Assembly (NCBI GenBank): GCA_963729895.1
Contig: CAVSQB010000005.1
Location: forward strand, 64,001-128,000
DNA: 64,000 bases
Reading direction: 5' to 3'
Source: an uncultured Fibrobacterota bacterium
Lineage (GTDB): Bacteria; Fibrobacterota; Chitinivibrionia; Chitinivibrionales; FEN-1185
The notes under the pieces: model-generated
What the model was told of the DNA's origin: nothing
The model's input: only the letters and a program-made list of their open reading frames with translations
Database searches by the model: none
In this document: piece after piece, positions 37,759-48,272 of the stretch
How the letters are laid out: each line of letters starts with the position of its first letter
Numbering within the stretch: the stretch's first letter is position 1
Position numbers and translations under genes: made by a program

Positions 37759-39000
37759 GTGGCAAAATCGTTCGCTGCTTTGTTTCTTCTTCTTGGCATG
37801 TGGTTGAGCGTTTTTGGCGAGCGGATAACACTCGAATCATACGCCGGCAATCTCGACAGCATTTCCGTTGCCATTCTTCCTTTCACGGCGACGGGTGACG
37901 GTCAAATCACGAAAGACGAGCCTTGGAAGGTGCTCGCCAACGACCTGGAGTTTTCCGGCAGGTTCACGGTTTTTCGTGTCACCAAAGTCGACACCACCGA
38001 GTTTGCCAAGAACAATGTTCCTCTGTACATCACCGGCGATTACCAAATGTTCGGTCGGCAATACGTGCGGGTGGATTGTTTTTTGCGGGGCGCGAAGTCG
38101 GGAAGCCCTCTGGCGACCAAAACCTATGAAGCAGATGTGAAACACGTTCGGCCCGTAGGTCATCGGTTCGCCGACGATCTCATTGCCATGTTGTTCAACG
38201 ACAAGGGCATTTTTGAAAGCAAGATGCTTTTTGTGAAGGATGAAGGCCCCAAGAAGAACATTATGATCATGGACTGGGACGGCGACAACGTGCATGCACT
38301 CACGGCGACCACTACCGTCAACATCTTCCCGGCGTTTGTCGATTCTTCCACCTTTCTCTGGACCTCGTTTATCCGCGGCCACCCGGACATTTACAAAGCA
38401 ACAATCGGCGGGAGGGGAGGCGCCATCATGTCGAGCAGGTTTGTCCAGACGTCGCCGGCCTATTCGCCGATCACGGGCAGGGTTGCATTTGCCTCCTCAC
38501 GCGACGGGAACATGGAAATTTACACTTGCGATCTCGACGGCAAAAACATCAAGCGCCTCACCAATGCCAGGTCGATTCAGACCGCGCCGCGTTGGTCGCC
38601 TAACGGCTTTCAGATCGCGTTTACGTCGGACCGGGTGGGCCAGCCCAAGATTTTCCTGATGGATGCCGACGGCACCAATGTCCATCAGCTTTGTTTCGAA
38701 GGCGGCTACCAGGATTCGCCCGCGTGGTCGCCCAAGGGCGACCGGATTGCCTACCAGTGCCTGGTGAACGGCAAGTTCGAGATCATCACCGTACAAACGG
38801 ACGGGTCGAACGCGTTCCAGGTAACCAATTGCCCGGGCAACAACGAATATCCGGCCTGGGCCGCCGACGGCGCCCACATCGTCTTTTCGAACGGCCGCGG
38901 CGGCAGCATAGATCTCTACGCGGTGAAATCCGATGGCACGCATTTGACAAGGCTCACGACCACGGGGAATGCGAAGATGCCCGACTGGGGGAATTGGTAG
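37759..39000 (+). CDS. tolB: TolB beta-propeller
   Basis: PD40 repeats (PRWSPNG, PAWSPKG) and HRFAD. Confidence 0.92.
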   Translation: MAKSFAALFLLLGMWLSVFGERITLESYAGNLDSISVAILPFTATGDGQITKDEPWKVLANDLEFSGRFTVFRVTKVDTTEFAKNNVPLYITGDYQMFGRQYVRVDCFLRGAKSGSPLATKTYEADVKHVRPVGHRFADDLIAMLFNDKGIFESKMLFVKDEGPKKNIMIMDWDGDNVHALTATTTVNIFPAFVDSSTFLWTSFIRGHPDIYKATIGGRGGAIMSSRFVQTSPAYSPITGRVAFASSRDGNMEIYTCDLDGKNIKRLTNARSIQTAPRWSPNGFQIAFTSDRVGQPKIFLMDADGTNVHQLCFEGGYQDSPAWSPKGDRIAYQCLVNGKFEIITVQTDGSNAFQVTNCPGNNEYPAWAADGAHIVFSNGRGGSIDLYAVKSDGTHLTRLTTTGNAKMPDWGNW

Positions 39001-39012
39001 CGGCCCTTTTGC

Positions 39013-39774
39013 ATGAAAGGCAATGGTATGAAAGGAATTTGGATCGTTGGACCGGTTGCGGGGTGCGTTTTCCTCGGCCTTTTCTCCTCCTGCTCTTCCA
39101 TCACCCTCCTTCGAATCCGGGAGCTCAAGCAGGTGGAGGCGCATGTCGACTCACTCAAGGCCGATTTGGCCGCCCGTGACGAACTCCTGCAGAACGAACA
39201 GAAAAGCCAGAACGAACTGCTCAGGCTTATCCGGGCCGACATGCAGGTGCGTTTCGAGGAGCTTGGCCAAAAGGTATCTTCGCTTGAGGGAGGCTTGTCG
39301 GAAAGCAAGTACAAACTTTCCCTGATCGACAAGAAGACCCAGGAAATCCAGGAACAGTGGAAGGCAAAGACCGTCGCCGATTCGGCGGCGGGAGCGCAGA
39401 AGAACACACAGGTGGAAAAGCTGTACCAGATCGCGTACGGCGATTATACGGCGGGCCGGTGGGACCTTGCGGCCAGCGGGTTTCTGGACCTGATAAACCA
39501 GTTTCCGGAATCACCTCTCACCGATGAGGCGACCTATTGGTACGCGGAGTGCTATTTCGGCAAGAAGGATTTCGACAAGGCTGAACAGCTCTTCACCGAG
39601 TACCTCAGGAATTTCCGCAACGGCAAGAAGGTGTGCGCCTCGTTGTACAAGCTGGGACTGGTTTTTGAGAACAGAAAACTTCCGGAGAAGAGAAAACTGG
39701 TTTGGCAGAAGCTGCTCTCCACCTGTCCGGATTCACCGGAATCTACCGCCGCAAAAGAGCGGAACGCAAAGTAG
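39013..39774 (+). CDS. cpoB: Tol-Pal accessory lipoprotein CpoB/YbgF
   Basis: Lipobox, coiled coil and TPR (ATYWYAE, SLYKLG). Confidence 0.85.
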   Translation: MKGNGMKGIWIVGPVAGCVFLGLFSSCSSITLLRIRELKQVEAHVDSLKADLAARDELLQNEQKSQNELLRLIRADMQVRFEELGQKVSSLEGGLSESKYKLSLIDKKTQEIQEQWKAKTVADSAAGAQKNTQVEKLYQIAYGDYTAGRWDLAASGFLDLINQFPESPLTDEATYWYAECYFGKKDFDKAEQLFTEYLRNFRNGKKVCASLYKLGLVFENRKLPEKRKLVWQKLLSTCPDSPESTAAKERNAK

Positions 39775-39791
39775 AAGAGACTCCTGTTTGA

Positions 39792-39843
39792 AGCACAAAA
39801 CAAAATGCCACCCTCCGTTTGGGGCGGCATTTTGTTTTGTGCT
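39792..39843. terminator. Bidirectional intrinsic terminator
   Basis: agcacaaaacaaaatgcc / ggcattttgttttgtgct long stem between convergent genes. Confidence 0.9.
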
Positions 39844-39863
39844 CGTCCGGCGGAAGCAACGGC

Positions 39864-42215
39864 CTATTTTTTCTCGGGCGGAAGCTGGTTCATCTGTTGC
39901 TTCAATTTCTGGATCTCGCTGTCGAGTTCCTTCTGCTTTTCTTCCATTTTCTGTTCAGTCTCGGCCTTGTTGGTCTGCTGGGATATTTTCTGCACAATGG
40001 CGAACGCGTAGTCGATATCGCTCTTGATGACATCGACGTTTCGCGAGAAGAACGACGACCGGTGGAACTCGTTTTCGAACACTTGAAACTTATCGAGCTT
40101 GGTTTTGTCTTCGGCTTGCACCTTGTGAAGGCTGTCGCCCTGGTGCAGCACGGTGGAAGACGGGAGTTCGAGGGAAATCTTGTTCACATCGAATGCCAGT
40201 ACCTCGTAGGCCTTGCGGTTCACCCTGTATTTAACATTTTCCGCTTCAAGCGTGTCTGCCGGCGGCGCCTTAAGCGTCTGCGCCTTTGCGGAAGCGGCGG
40301 TAAGTACCGACAACGCCTGGCCGTAATTTTTCTGCATGAGATCGGCATAGGCTTCGATGAGCGCTCCTTCGCACTGCAGGGCGGGCTTGGAACTGATCTT
40401 CTGCAATGTTTGGCCGTTCGAAATGCAATCGTTCCACTGGCGCGCGCGTAAAGCGGTCCAGCACATGCCCAGCAGCGCGTCCTCGTAATAGTAGCTCTGA
40501 TTGGAAACCGATCTGAGGGCGGTGATGGCCTTGGACAGGGCAAGCTGCTCGTAGAACATATATCCCAGAAATACATAGGACCTGTTGATTATTTCGCGCT
40601 GCTCGTTGGTTTGGACTTTTGATTCTATGCAGTTGCCAAGTGAGTTGAGGGCCTCTTCCATGTTATAGGTGAGCACGTACGCGATTGCAAGCGAGTGCTG
40701 GGCAAACGGGTATTCCGGATGGTTGTCGGGGACAAGCGAGAACAGCTGGATCGCCTGCTGGTAATTCTTGTCCTTCATGTTTTGCTCGGCCATGAGGTAA
40801 TAGGCGTGAAACTTGAGAGAGTCCGGCACTCCGGGCGCATTGAGGAGCTGGAACTGGCTGCTTACCGCTGCGGAATTCCCGTCCCTGTAGGCGACGCGCA
40901 TGAGGCCGAGGTCGGCAAACGGGACAACGGAACTCTTTGGATAGTCCTGCTTTGTCTGGTGGTAGTCTTGGACGGAAAGTTCTCTCATGTCGAGTTTTTC
41001 CAGACAGGCGCCGCGATAATACTGCACCCAATCGTTCTTGAAGAAACTGGGAAACTGGACAAGAATCTGGCTGAAAAGAAAAAACGCGTCCCAGTATTTG
41101 GCTTCAAAGTACAGCTTGCAGGCCCTGTTGTACAGCTCGTTGGGCGCCATGTCGAGAACGCGGGCCATCTTCTTTGCGTACATTTCTTCCCGGTGTAATC
41201 CTACGTCGCCGCGCAGGTAGAATGAATGGGTGGAAACATCCTGCGTGTACGGCATATCTATGTATTGATACATGAACTGGAGGTCTCTTCCCTCATTGAG
41301 GTGGGGCACGTTTACGCCGGCGGCGAACCCATAGTACTCGTTCGGCTGCCGTATGTTGCCCATAAGGAAATAAATATTGAGCATCCTCATGATCCAGCCG
41401 CCCACCCGAAAGTTGTAATCGTATTCCACGACGTTCTTGGCAGTGTCTGCGTTGATTCCGGATTGCAGGATTGAGGTTGCGTGCGCAAGAGAACTGTAGA
41501 TATTCTCTACGTTGACGTCAAGGCCGGCGTCGATCTGATTCTCCAGAAAAGAGCCAAACCAGGAAAGTTTCACGTTATTTGTGTAGCTTGGCTCGCTTAG
41601 GGAAGAAATGTTCAAATTGTCGAGGACCGGCAACAGAATATTTTGGAGAGAAATACCGATTACGTGGTCGCCGAAAACCGGGTCACGAACGAGGCGGTAG
41701 GTGAGGCCCACGTCTCCGCTCAAATTGTAATACGGATCGCCATAATTTGTGCTCATGGAAAGTCCGAGGTTCACCCCGATACTCAGGCCTCCCCAGATGT
41801 TGTTCGCATAGGTGCCGAGAATGAGGAGCTTCTGGTCGGACAGCTTCTGGCCCGTACTTTCCGGAACGCCGTTCACATCGTACTGGTATTGATCTATGGA
41901 TCCGGAACCCTGTGCAAGTACGGTCACTCCCCACGATTCATAGAGTCCAACCGGAAACGTGGCGCCCACCTCGCCGAGCTGATAGGCCCCCTGCAATGGG
42001 AAAGCCGCGCACGCCCGAAGGTCTATGTAGTCTTGCTCTGTCAATAATGCCGGGTTCGTTGCCGGAGAATACCGTGAAAACAGGTCACGCCATCGGGCGG
42101 TACTCAGGTATTCTCCCGAAAGCCCCTGGGCGAGAACAGAATACAAACAACCCAGTGCGGCAACCGCGACGAACGCCGACCGTACCTGTCTTGACAATCC
42201 GACTGAGGTTCTCAT
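39864..42215 (-). CDS. Exported protein with N-terminal beta-barrel-like region and C-terminal TPR array
   Basis: Signal peptide, NPALL motif followed by amphipathic strands, then many TPR-like helices. Confidence 0.75.
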   Translation of the reverse strand: MRTSVGLSRQVRSAFVAVAALGCLYSVLAQGLSGEYLSTARWRDLFSRYSPATNPALLTEQDYIDLRACAAFPLQGAYQLGEVGATFPVGLYESWGVTVLAQGSGSIDQYQYDVNGVPESTGQKLSDQKLLILGTYANNIWGGLSIGVNLGLSMSTNYGDPYYNLSGDVGLTYRLVRDPVFGDHVIGISLQNILLPVLDNLNISSLSEPSYTNNVKLSWFGSFLENQIDAGLDVNVENIYSSLAHATSILQSGINADTAKNVVEYDYNFRVGGWIMRMLNIYFLMGNIRQPNEYYGFAAGVNVPHLNEGRDLQFMYQYIDMPYTQDVSTHSFYLRGDVGLHREEMYAKKMARVLDMAPNELYNRACKLYFEAKYWDAFFLFSQILVQFPSFFKNDWVQYYRGACLEKLDMRELSVQDYHQTKQDYPKSSVVPFADLGLMRVAYRDGNSAAVSSQFQLLNAPGVPDSLKFHAYYLMAEQNMKDKNYQQAIQLFSLVPDNHPEYPFAQHSLAIAYVLTYNMEEALNSLGNCIESKVQTNEQREIINRSYVFLGYMFYEQLALSKAITALRSVSNQSYYYEDALLGMCWTALRARQWNDCISNGQTLQKISSKPALQCEGALIEAYADLMQKNYGQALSVLTAASAKAQTLKAPPADTLEAENVKYRVNRKAYEVLAFDVNKISLELPSSTVLHQGDSLHKVQAEDKTKLDKFQVFENEFHRSSFFSRNVDVIKSDIDYAFAIVQKISQQTNKAETEQKMEEKQKELDSEIQKLKQQMNQLPPEKK

Positions 42216-42517
42216 AGGGGGGTCCTTCACAATAGGGTTATAGGCAAAAGGATGGTCCCTTATTTTACCGGTTTAATGAAGCTGCGATGGCGAGAGATCG
42301 CCGGTCCGCGGGAATAGCTGCTCTTGAAAGTAATATAGTATTGTAACATCTCGAAAATAAAAAAATTGTTCCTCCACGGCAGATTTTGTATGGAAACGGC
42401 AGTAGAGCCCCCGCTGCGAAAATTCTATTTCCTCCCGGTATCATATCATATTTTTCAGGACATGTTTCCCACAGTTCAAGCCATTCCGGTTGCAGGATTT
42501 CAGTCGATGGGTGGAAC

Positions 42518-43531
42518 ATGAAGAAACCTGGAACCGCCGTTTTTGCGATCCTGGCGATTTGTACATTCGCTTGGGGACAGGCCGGCGGAACCGCGGCTCT
42601 CCTGGATTCGGCCAAGAACTATTTGGTAAACCAGTTCTATTCGCGAGCGGAGAATTCCCTGCAGCGGCTGCTGAGGATCGACCCGGACGATGCTGAAGCA
42701 TCATACTTGCTTATTGCGACTGCACAAACAAAAATACTTGACTACGAATCGTACCCGGTCGATGCCGATTCTTTTGTGGAGAAGGCAACGAGCACGCTCT
42801 CGGCGCTTGCCAGATTGTTGCCGCGAAAACGTGGACGCGATTCGTTGTTGTGCCTTTTCTATATTGGCAACATCCAGGGCGGCATCAGCGTCATGCAGGC
42901 AAAAGTAGGGAACTGGCCCTCCGCGGTGAAGAACGGGGCAAATTCAATAGGTTTGTTCAAGAGAGTCATCAAGACTGATCCCGACTACTACCCGGCCTAT
43001 CTCGGGTTGGGCATATTCAATTACTATATCAGCCAGAATCTCAAGTGGCTGCCGTTTTTTCAGGACAGGCGGGAGGAAGGGCTGGAGCAGGTCCGGCTTT
43101 CTACCCGGGCCGAGTTTCCCTACTCCTATGTTGCCAAGAACTCACTGTGCTGGATCCTTGTGGAACGAAACGAATACCGTGCGGCGGATTCCATCGCCTC
43201 ATCGGTCCTTGCGGAACTGCCCTCAAACACCATATTCATCAGGCTCAAGGCCCGCATAGCTCTCTGGCAGCAGGACCTGCCGCTTGCCATTACCTGGGCA
43301 AGGAAGCTCATTGCTATTTCGGAGGAACGCGTCCCTGTCAACTGGTCCGATCTCCTATCCGGCTACCAGGTACTCATCAGCGGCCTCGATGGGCTCGGCA
43401 AAGGAAACGAATGCCTTACCATCTGCGCAAGGGCCTTGTCGAAAGATATTCCCGAGCCGTACTTGAGGATACCGTACGTCAAAAAACACCTCAAGTATAT
43501 CGCAGAGATCCGGAAGAAATACGCCCATTGA
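42518..43531 (+). CDS. Exported TPR protein
   Basis: Signal peptide and DPDYYPAYLGLG TPR-like motifs. Confidence 0.75.
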   Translation: MKKPGTAVFAILAICTFAWGQAGGTAALLDSAKNYLVNQFYSRAENSLQRLLRIDPDDAEASYLLIATAQTKILDYESYPVDADSFVEKATSTLSALARLLPRKRGRDSLLCLFYIGNIQGGISVMQAKVGNWPSAVKNGANSIGLFKRVIKTDPDYYPAYLGLGIFNYYISQNLKWLPFFQDRREEGLEQVRLSTRAEFPYSYVAKNSLCWILVERNEYRAADSIASSVLAELPSNTIFIRLKARIALWQQDLPLAITWARKLIAISEERVPVNWSDLLSGYQVLISGLDGLGKGNECLTICARALSKDIPEPYLRIPYVKKHLKYIAEIRKKYAH

Positions 43532-43710
43532 CGGGGCTACGCTGTGATTTGCGGCGCATCGGATGATTCCTTCGTCATTCCGGCATCCATTGGAGTATTT
43601 TCACGCTATGAATGCCGACCGGTTTCGAGCGGGCCTTTGGGCGGTTGTCGCGTGCATCCCGCCCGGGGCAGCGGGAATTCTTTCCTGCGGTAAAAATCGA
43701 TCCCGATCCG

Positions 43711-44115
43711 CTACCGAAAGGTTGTCAACTTAAGCGAGTCAACAATTGACTTGTTCTTCGGATTTCCCATGTTCTTGAGTATCCAAAGGTATTCCGCGTA
43801 CCCACCGCCCATGCCGACGCGGATGCAGATCCTGTCCTGCGCTTTGACAAAGTTTTCCTGGTATCGTGTCTGCCGCGCGGCGTCGTTTACCAGGAAGGAA
43901 TCCTTGTACAGGGCGCTCAGCGAGTCGAGATAGGTATTGCACAGCATCCATTTCTTGACTTGGTCCATGGTTACCGAGGAATCGGAGGGGGGAATAAATG
44001 ACACCTTGTGGGGCTCTGCCGTGGCGGTCTGCCCGGAGACCGGCTCCTTCTTCTGACACGCGGACGTCAAGACGAGCATGGTGCACGCCAGAACGAGAGA
44101 AATCACTTTGCGCAC
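43711..44115 (-). CDS. Hypothetical lipoprotein
   Basis: RBS aaggag and lipobox LTSAC. Confidence 0.75.
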   Translation of the reverse strand: MRKVISLVLACTMLVLTSACQKKEPVSGQTATAEPHKVSFIPPSDSSVTMDQVKKWMLCNTYLDSLSALYKDSFLVNDAARQTRYQENFVKAQDRICIRVGMGGGYAEYLWILKNMGNPKNKSIVDSLKLTTFR

Positions 44116-44244
44116 AAGATTCTCCTTTTTCCGAAATAGGTGGGTTGTCTAAAAACTACGTTGTATGGAGGGCGTTGTCAATTTGATTTACCGACGGCGT
44201 TTCTTGCATCGCAGTCAGGCCCCAGGGAGCCTTGGGAAACGCGG

Positions 44245-45042
44245 ATGAACGCGGGCATGGCGCCAAAGAAACATCTTGGACAGCATTTTCTTACCGCCGT
44301 GCGGTACGCGGAACGGATAGCCCAAAGCATAGCTGCCGGCGAACATGAGAACGTGCTCGAAATCGGTCCAGGAAACGGGGCTTTAAGCGTCCACCTCGCA
44401 AAACGTTTCCCGGGTTTTCATTGCGTTGAGATCGATCCTGACGTTGTTGGCGCTCTCAGGGCCAGGATGGGAGACGGCAGATGGGTACTTCACCAATGCG
44501 ACGCGTTGGAGTTCGACTTTTCCGCTGCCGGTTTTCCTTTGCACGTTATTGGAAATCTTCCCTACTCCATAGGCGCCCTGGTGATCAAGAAGACCCTTTT
44601 GTACGGAAACAACATTCTTTCCTGCACGTTTATGGTCCAGCGGGAGGTGGCCGAACGCATAGCCGCCGCGCCCCACACAAAGCGGAACGGATTTCTCTCC
44701 GTTTTCTGCCAGTTTTTCGGGAAGCCCAGGATCTTGTTTCGCGTCCCCCCGGGCGCGTTTTTCCCCAGGCCGAACGTGGAGTCCTCGGTATTCAGGCTCG
44801 ACGTGGAAGACAATCTTGAAGAGAAATTGCGGTCGGGACAATGGCTCGACTACTTCGCATTTGTTGACAAGGGTTTCAAAATGAGGAGGAAAATGCTCGC
44901 CAACGTCCTCGGCCGCGAGGGCGGCCGTGAACACTTTGCAGAATTGCTCGCGCGCATCGGCGTCGGCGCGGATGCGCGCGCCGAAGATCTGGGCGCACCC
45001 GAATGGCTCGAACTGTACAAGAGATCATGCGACGCATCCTGA
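44245..45042 (+). CDS. rsmA: 16S rRNA dimethyladenosine methyltransferase
   Basis: LGQHFL, EIGPGNG, GNLPY, MVQREVAER and RRKML. Confidence 0.96.
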   Translation: MNAGMAPKKHLGQHFLTAVRYAERIAQSIAAGEHENVLEIGPGNGALSVHLAKRFPGFHCVEIDPDVVGALRARMGDGRWVLHQCDALEFDFSAAGFPLHVIGNLPYSIGALVIKKTLLYGNNILSCTFMVQREVAERIAAAPHTKRNGFLSVFCQFFGKPRILFRVPPGAFFPRPNVESSVFRLDVEDNLEEKLRSGQWLDYFAFVDKGFKMRRKMLANVLGREGGREHFAELLARIGVGADARAEDLGAPEWLELYKRSCDAS

Positions 45043-47051
45043 TGCCGGCGATTGCCGCGTACGTTTTGAATGCCTCGGCGCCCGCATTCTGCCAGGTCAA
45101 CCAGTGGCCGCCGGCGCTGGGCATTCCCGTGGCGCCGCCGGCTCCCGATTCGAACCGGACCGTGTACGGGTCGGACCAAAGCCTTTACATTCGCACATTC
45201 AAGGTGCGGGATTCGGTGAACATTCAGGAAAATACCCCTTTGTACGGTGTAAACCAGAACGTTGATTATGCTTTGTCGAACGATTCGTGGTTCAACACCA
45301 CGGACCAGTTCTTCGACCTGTCGGGTGACGTTGTGAAGAAGGAACTGCCGTTTGGAATGAGCGCCGGGCTGGAGTGGACGCCCGTGCTCATTCTTAACAA
45401 ACGCACGTCGAGTCAGGGAATCCTCGGATCGGTTGAGGCCGGCCCGCTGCTCACGTTCGCTCCGCTCAGCATTCCGATGATGATTCACGGCGGCGCCACG
45501 GCGCGGGGATGGAACGACGACATCGGCGCTCTGAGCGCCAACCAATACGGAACCCTCTCCCGCGACAAGGGATTCTACGCCGGGGCGGAGTTGGGATCGC
45601 CGGTGCATCCGGTCCCGTTCCTTCCTCTCATTGTGACGGTGAAAGGGTACGGCAGGTCCATGGAAACGTCGAAACTGGTGTCGGGGACCGCCTCGGCCCT
45701 TCTGTACCTGGGCATGCCCACAGGCGACAGCCTTTTTGCGCTTTATGCGGACTCATTGACAAAAGGCAGAGACGCATTCCTGGGCGAGGATCAGGGGAAG
45801 CCGAGCTTTATTGACGACCCGGAAAAAACGGAACGGTCGTACCAGGTGAGCGCAGGGTTCCGTGCAAAGCCCAGACTTTTTCTTGTCCCGGGCGCCGTCT
45901 ACTCGTATACCGAGCACACGCTTTCGTACCCCGGGGCGTGGGGCAACAAGAAGAACACCGATAATGCCGTGAACCTGCTTCTCAGGACCGACACCCTGTT
46001 TTTCGTCTCGTATCAGGGAGGCATTAAGGTGGAGTGGGAACGGGAGGACATGAATTCGGCTTCCTCTGCCGGCACTGCCGGAGGCGCAATCCTGCCGCCG
46101 CAACCGCAGACAACGGATTTTGCGGGCAATCTGGCCAGTCTCAACGACTATCTTGGATACCGAGTCGCAATGCTCAATTCAATTTCCAAGTATCTGCAGA
46201 ACGGCATGGGTGCGGAGTACACCTGGGACATTTCACGGTATTCAAAGGACTACCCGGTTTCTTATGTTGTCAATGGAGATACCGTACGCCAGGATCCTCC
46301 TCTCGACAACGACATCATCGTCAACCGGCAGAGATTTACCCTGGTGCCCATTCCGTCGTCGTGGGGGAAAGGGTCTCTTTTTGTGGAATACTCCAAGAAC
46401 ATTACGAACTATATTAAGGCTGAAATGAGCGGCAACAACACCGTTGATTGGCTCTATCGGGTGGGCGGAACGGCCGGCTTTACCGTGGCGCAACGCTGCA
46501 CGGTTTCCGAAGCCATGACCGCGGACACGAAAGAGACTGATTACGCCTTTCCCGAGACCAAGAGGGGCTCGCCTCCGCCGTATTCCCGAAAATGGTCGTC
46601 GCAGCTTTTGCTCAACCTGGTCGCGAACCGCTGGCTTACTCTCAGAACCGAATGGAACGAGACATACTCCGACTTCGGAACGTGGAACGCCAAGGAATAT
46701 ATGGACTCCACGGCATTCAAGACGCCCCAGGAAGCGGCAGACTACAAGGATTACTACGCAATCACCGATAAAACATGGGACCACGGCATAAAACTGACCG
46801 TTGCCTCAAATATTCTGAACACGTGCCTAGTGAACGCCGGATGCTCGTATGAGTACATCGATGCAAGGGAATTCAATGTCGCGGATCAGACCTATGCCCT
46901 TACTTACAGTGCAGGAACTCGCGTGACGCCATTCGCATCGCTGTCCTATGAGCTCAACCGGCAGTTGGTTTTTTACGCCAATTTCGCCAGGACTTTTGAC
47001 ATCAAGGACAAATACTGGGACATCCACGTGTCACTCAAGGGGACCTTTTAA
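45027..47051 (+). CDS. Putative outer-membrane beta-barrel protein
   Basis: Signal peptide, alternating aromatic strands and C-terminal Phe. Confidence 0.7.
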   Translation: MRRILMPAIAAYVLNASAPAFCQVNQWPPALGIPVAPPAPDSNRTVYGSDQSLYIRTFKVRDSVNIQENTPLYGVNQNVDYALSNDSWFNTTDQFFDLSGDVVKKELPFGMSAGLEWTPVLILNKRTSSQGILGSVEAGPLLTFAPLSIPMMIHGGATARGWNDDIGALSANQYGTLSRDKGFYAGAELGSPVHPVPFLPLIVTVKGYGRSMETSKLVSGTASALLYLGMPTGDSLFALYADSLTKGRDAFLGEDQGKPSFIDDPEKTERSYQVSAGFRAKPRLFLVPGAVYSYTEHTLSYPGAWGNKKNTDNAVNLLLRTDTLFFVSYQGGIKVEWEREDMNSASSAGTAGGAILPPQPQTTDFAGNLASLNDYLGYRVAMLNSISKYLQNGMGAEYTWDISRYSKDYPVSYVVNGDTVRQDPPLDNDIIVNRQRFTLVPIPSSWGKGSLFVEYSKNITNYIKAEMSGNNTVDWLYRVGGTAGFTVAQRCTVSEAMTADTKETDYAFPETKRGSPPPYSRKWSSQLLLNLVANRWLTLRTEWNETYSDFGTWNAKEYMDSTAFKTPQEAADYKDYYAITDKTWDHGIKLTVASNILNTCLVNAGCSYEYIDAREFNVADQTYALTYSAGTRVTPFASLSYELNRQLVFYANFARTFDIKDKYWDIHVSLKGTF

Positions 47052-47584
47052 TGGTGCGTTTGTCCGGATACCTGCTTGCGTTACCTCTGATGGCCGTTAT
47101 GTCGTGCAGCGTGTTTGATCCGCGTCCGGTGGAGTATCCTTCTGATGTGGTCACCGTTGATCCATTCAACTTTGCGTCCATCCTGTGGAACACGGGGAAG
47201 CAAATTACCAAAGTGGAATACAACGACATATTTTATGATACTGCGGCTTTCGTATTCGTGGACATCAACGGAAACGTGTTCGGCCGGCAGTCGCTCATCG
47301 ATCATCTCCAAAGCATGTGCCAGCTTTTCTCGATACAAAATGTCTCCTGGCAACCCGATTCCTTGCAGGATTTCACGATAGGAGACACGTTTTTCGTAGA
47401 CCGTGCATATTATGTCGTCGCGCTCGACACGTTCCTGATTCCGCCGAAATCCGATACGTTCAGCAGCACCTCATCCTTCAAGCTCCTGTTTGACGCAAGC
47501 AAAAACACCTGGAACATTTTCTACTGGAAAGACAAGTACCCGGGCGAGTCGATATTCTACCCGCTGTTTGAACCGAGTTATTGA
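47051..47584 (+). CDS. Hypothetical lipoprotein
   Basis: Lipobox VMSC. Coupled to the upstream gene (TAATG). Confidence 0.75.
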   Translation: MVRLSGYLLALPLMAVMSCSVFDPRPVEYPSDVVTVDPFNFASILWNTGKQITKVEYNDIFYDTAAFVFVDINGNVFGRQSLIDHLQSMCQLFSIQNVSWQPDSLQDFTIGDTFFVDRAYYVVALDTFLIPPKSDTFSSTSSFKLLFDASKNTWNIFYWKDKYPGESIFYPLFEPSY

Positions 47585-47613
47585 CAACCGCGATGGTTCG
47601 GAAAGAAGCTGGC

Positions 47614-48264
47614 ATGGGGACGTCGAGAAAATACCGCACAGCGGTTTTCGCTTTCGCGGCGCTGTTCTGCGGGTGCTTTAACCCTTTTTTTCCTCCCACG
47701 GGCGTGCCCCTGAGCGTTGGCAGTGGGCGCAGCACGCCGGCCGGGGTGGTGGAACAGCTGTTCCGCGCGTACCAGACCAGGCAGATCAATTTGTTCATGG
47801 ATCTTTTTTCACCCGCAAAAGATTTCAGGTTCTACGTGTCGCCGAGCTTCCAGGCCGATTATGCCAAGGAACGCGGCGGAAGCGCCACGTTGGAAACTAT
47901 AGACTCCATGTTCAGCTACGTGCGCCAGACATTGGGGATTACCGAGATGTATTATTGGACATACGATGATGAGATTCAACTCACCAACAACATGTTCACG
48001 CAAGCGGCGGACATAGGATATTCGGTGGATCCCCAGCCCATAGATACCAATGCCATCAATTATTTCAAGGCTCCCGACGGCACGCAATACGCGGAGGTGG
48101 TGGTGCGGGGCGGCGAACTGGAGATTCAGGTGAATACGGGCGACCTGACAATGGTCGATTACTATATCGACATAGGCGTACAAGTGTATTATGTCGAAAA
48201 GGACCCGGTGAACCCTTCCCTCTGGGTCATCGCGAAATGGTTCGATCTTGGAACGGCCCAGTAG
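47614..48264 (+). CDS. Hypothetical lipoprotein (possibly NTF2-like)
   Basis: Lipobox FCGC, STP motif and terminal W-x-I-x-x-W-x-D. Confidence 0.7.
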   Translation: MGTSRKYRTAVFAFAALFCGCFNPFFPPTGVPLSVGSGRSTPAGVVEQLFRAYQTRQINLFMDLFSPAKDFRFYVSPSFQADYAKERGGSATLETIDSMFSYVRQTLGITEMYYWTYDDEIQLTNNMFTQAADIGYSVDPQPIDTNAINYFKAPDGTQYAEVVVRGGELEIQVNTGDLTMVDYYIDIGVQVYYVEKDPVNPSLWVIAKWFDLGTAQ

Positions 48265-48272
48265 GTCACGGG

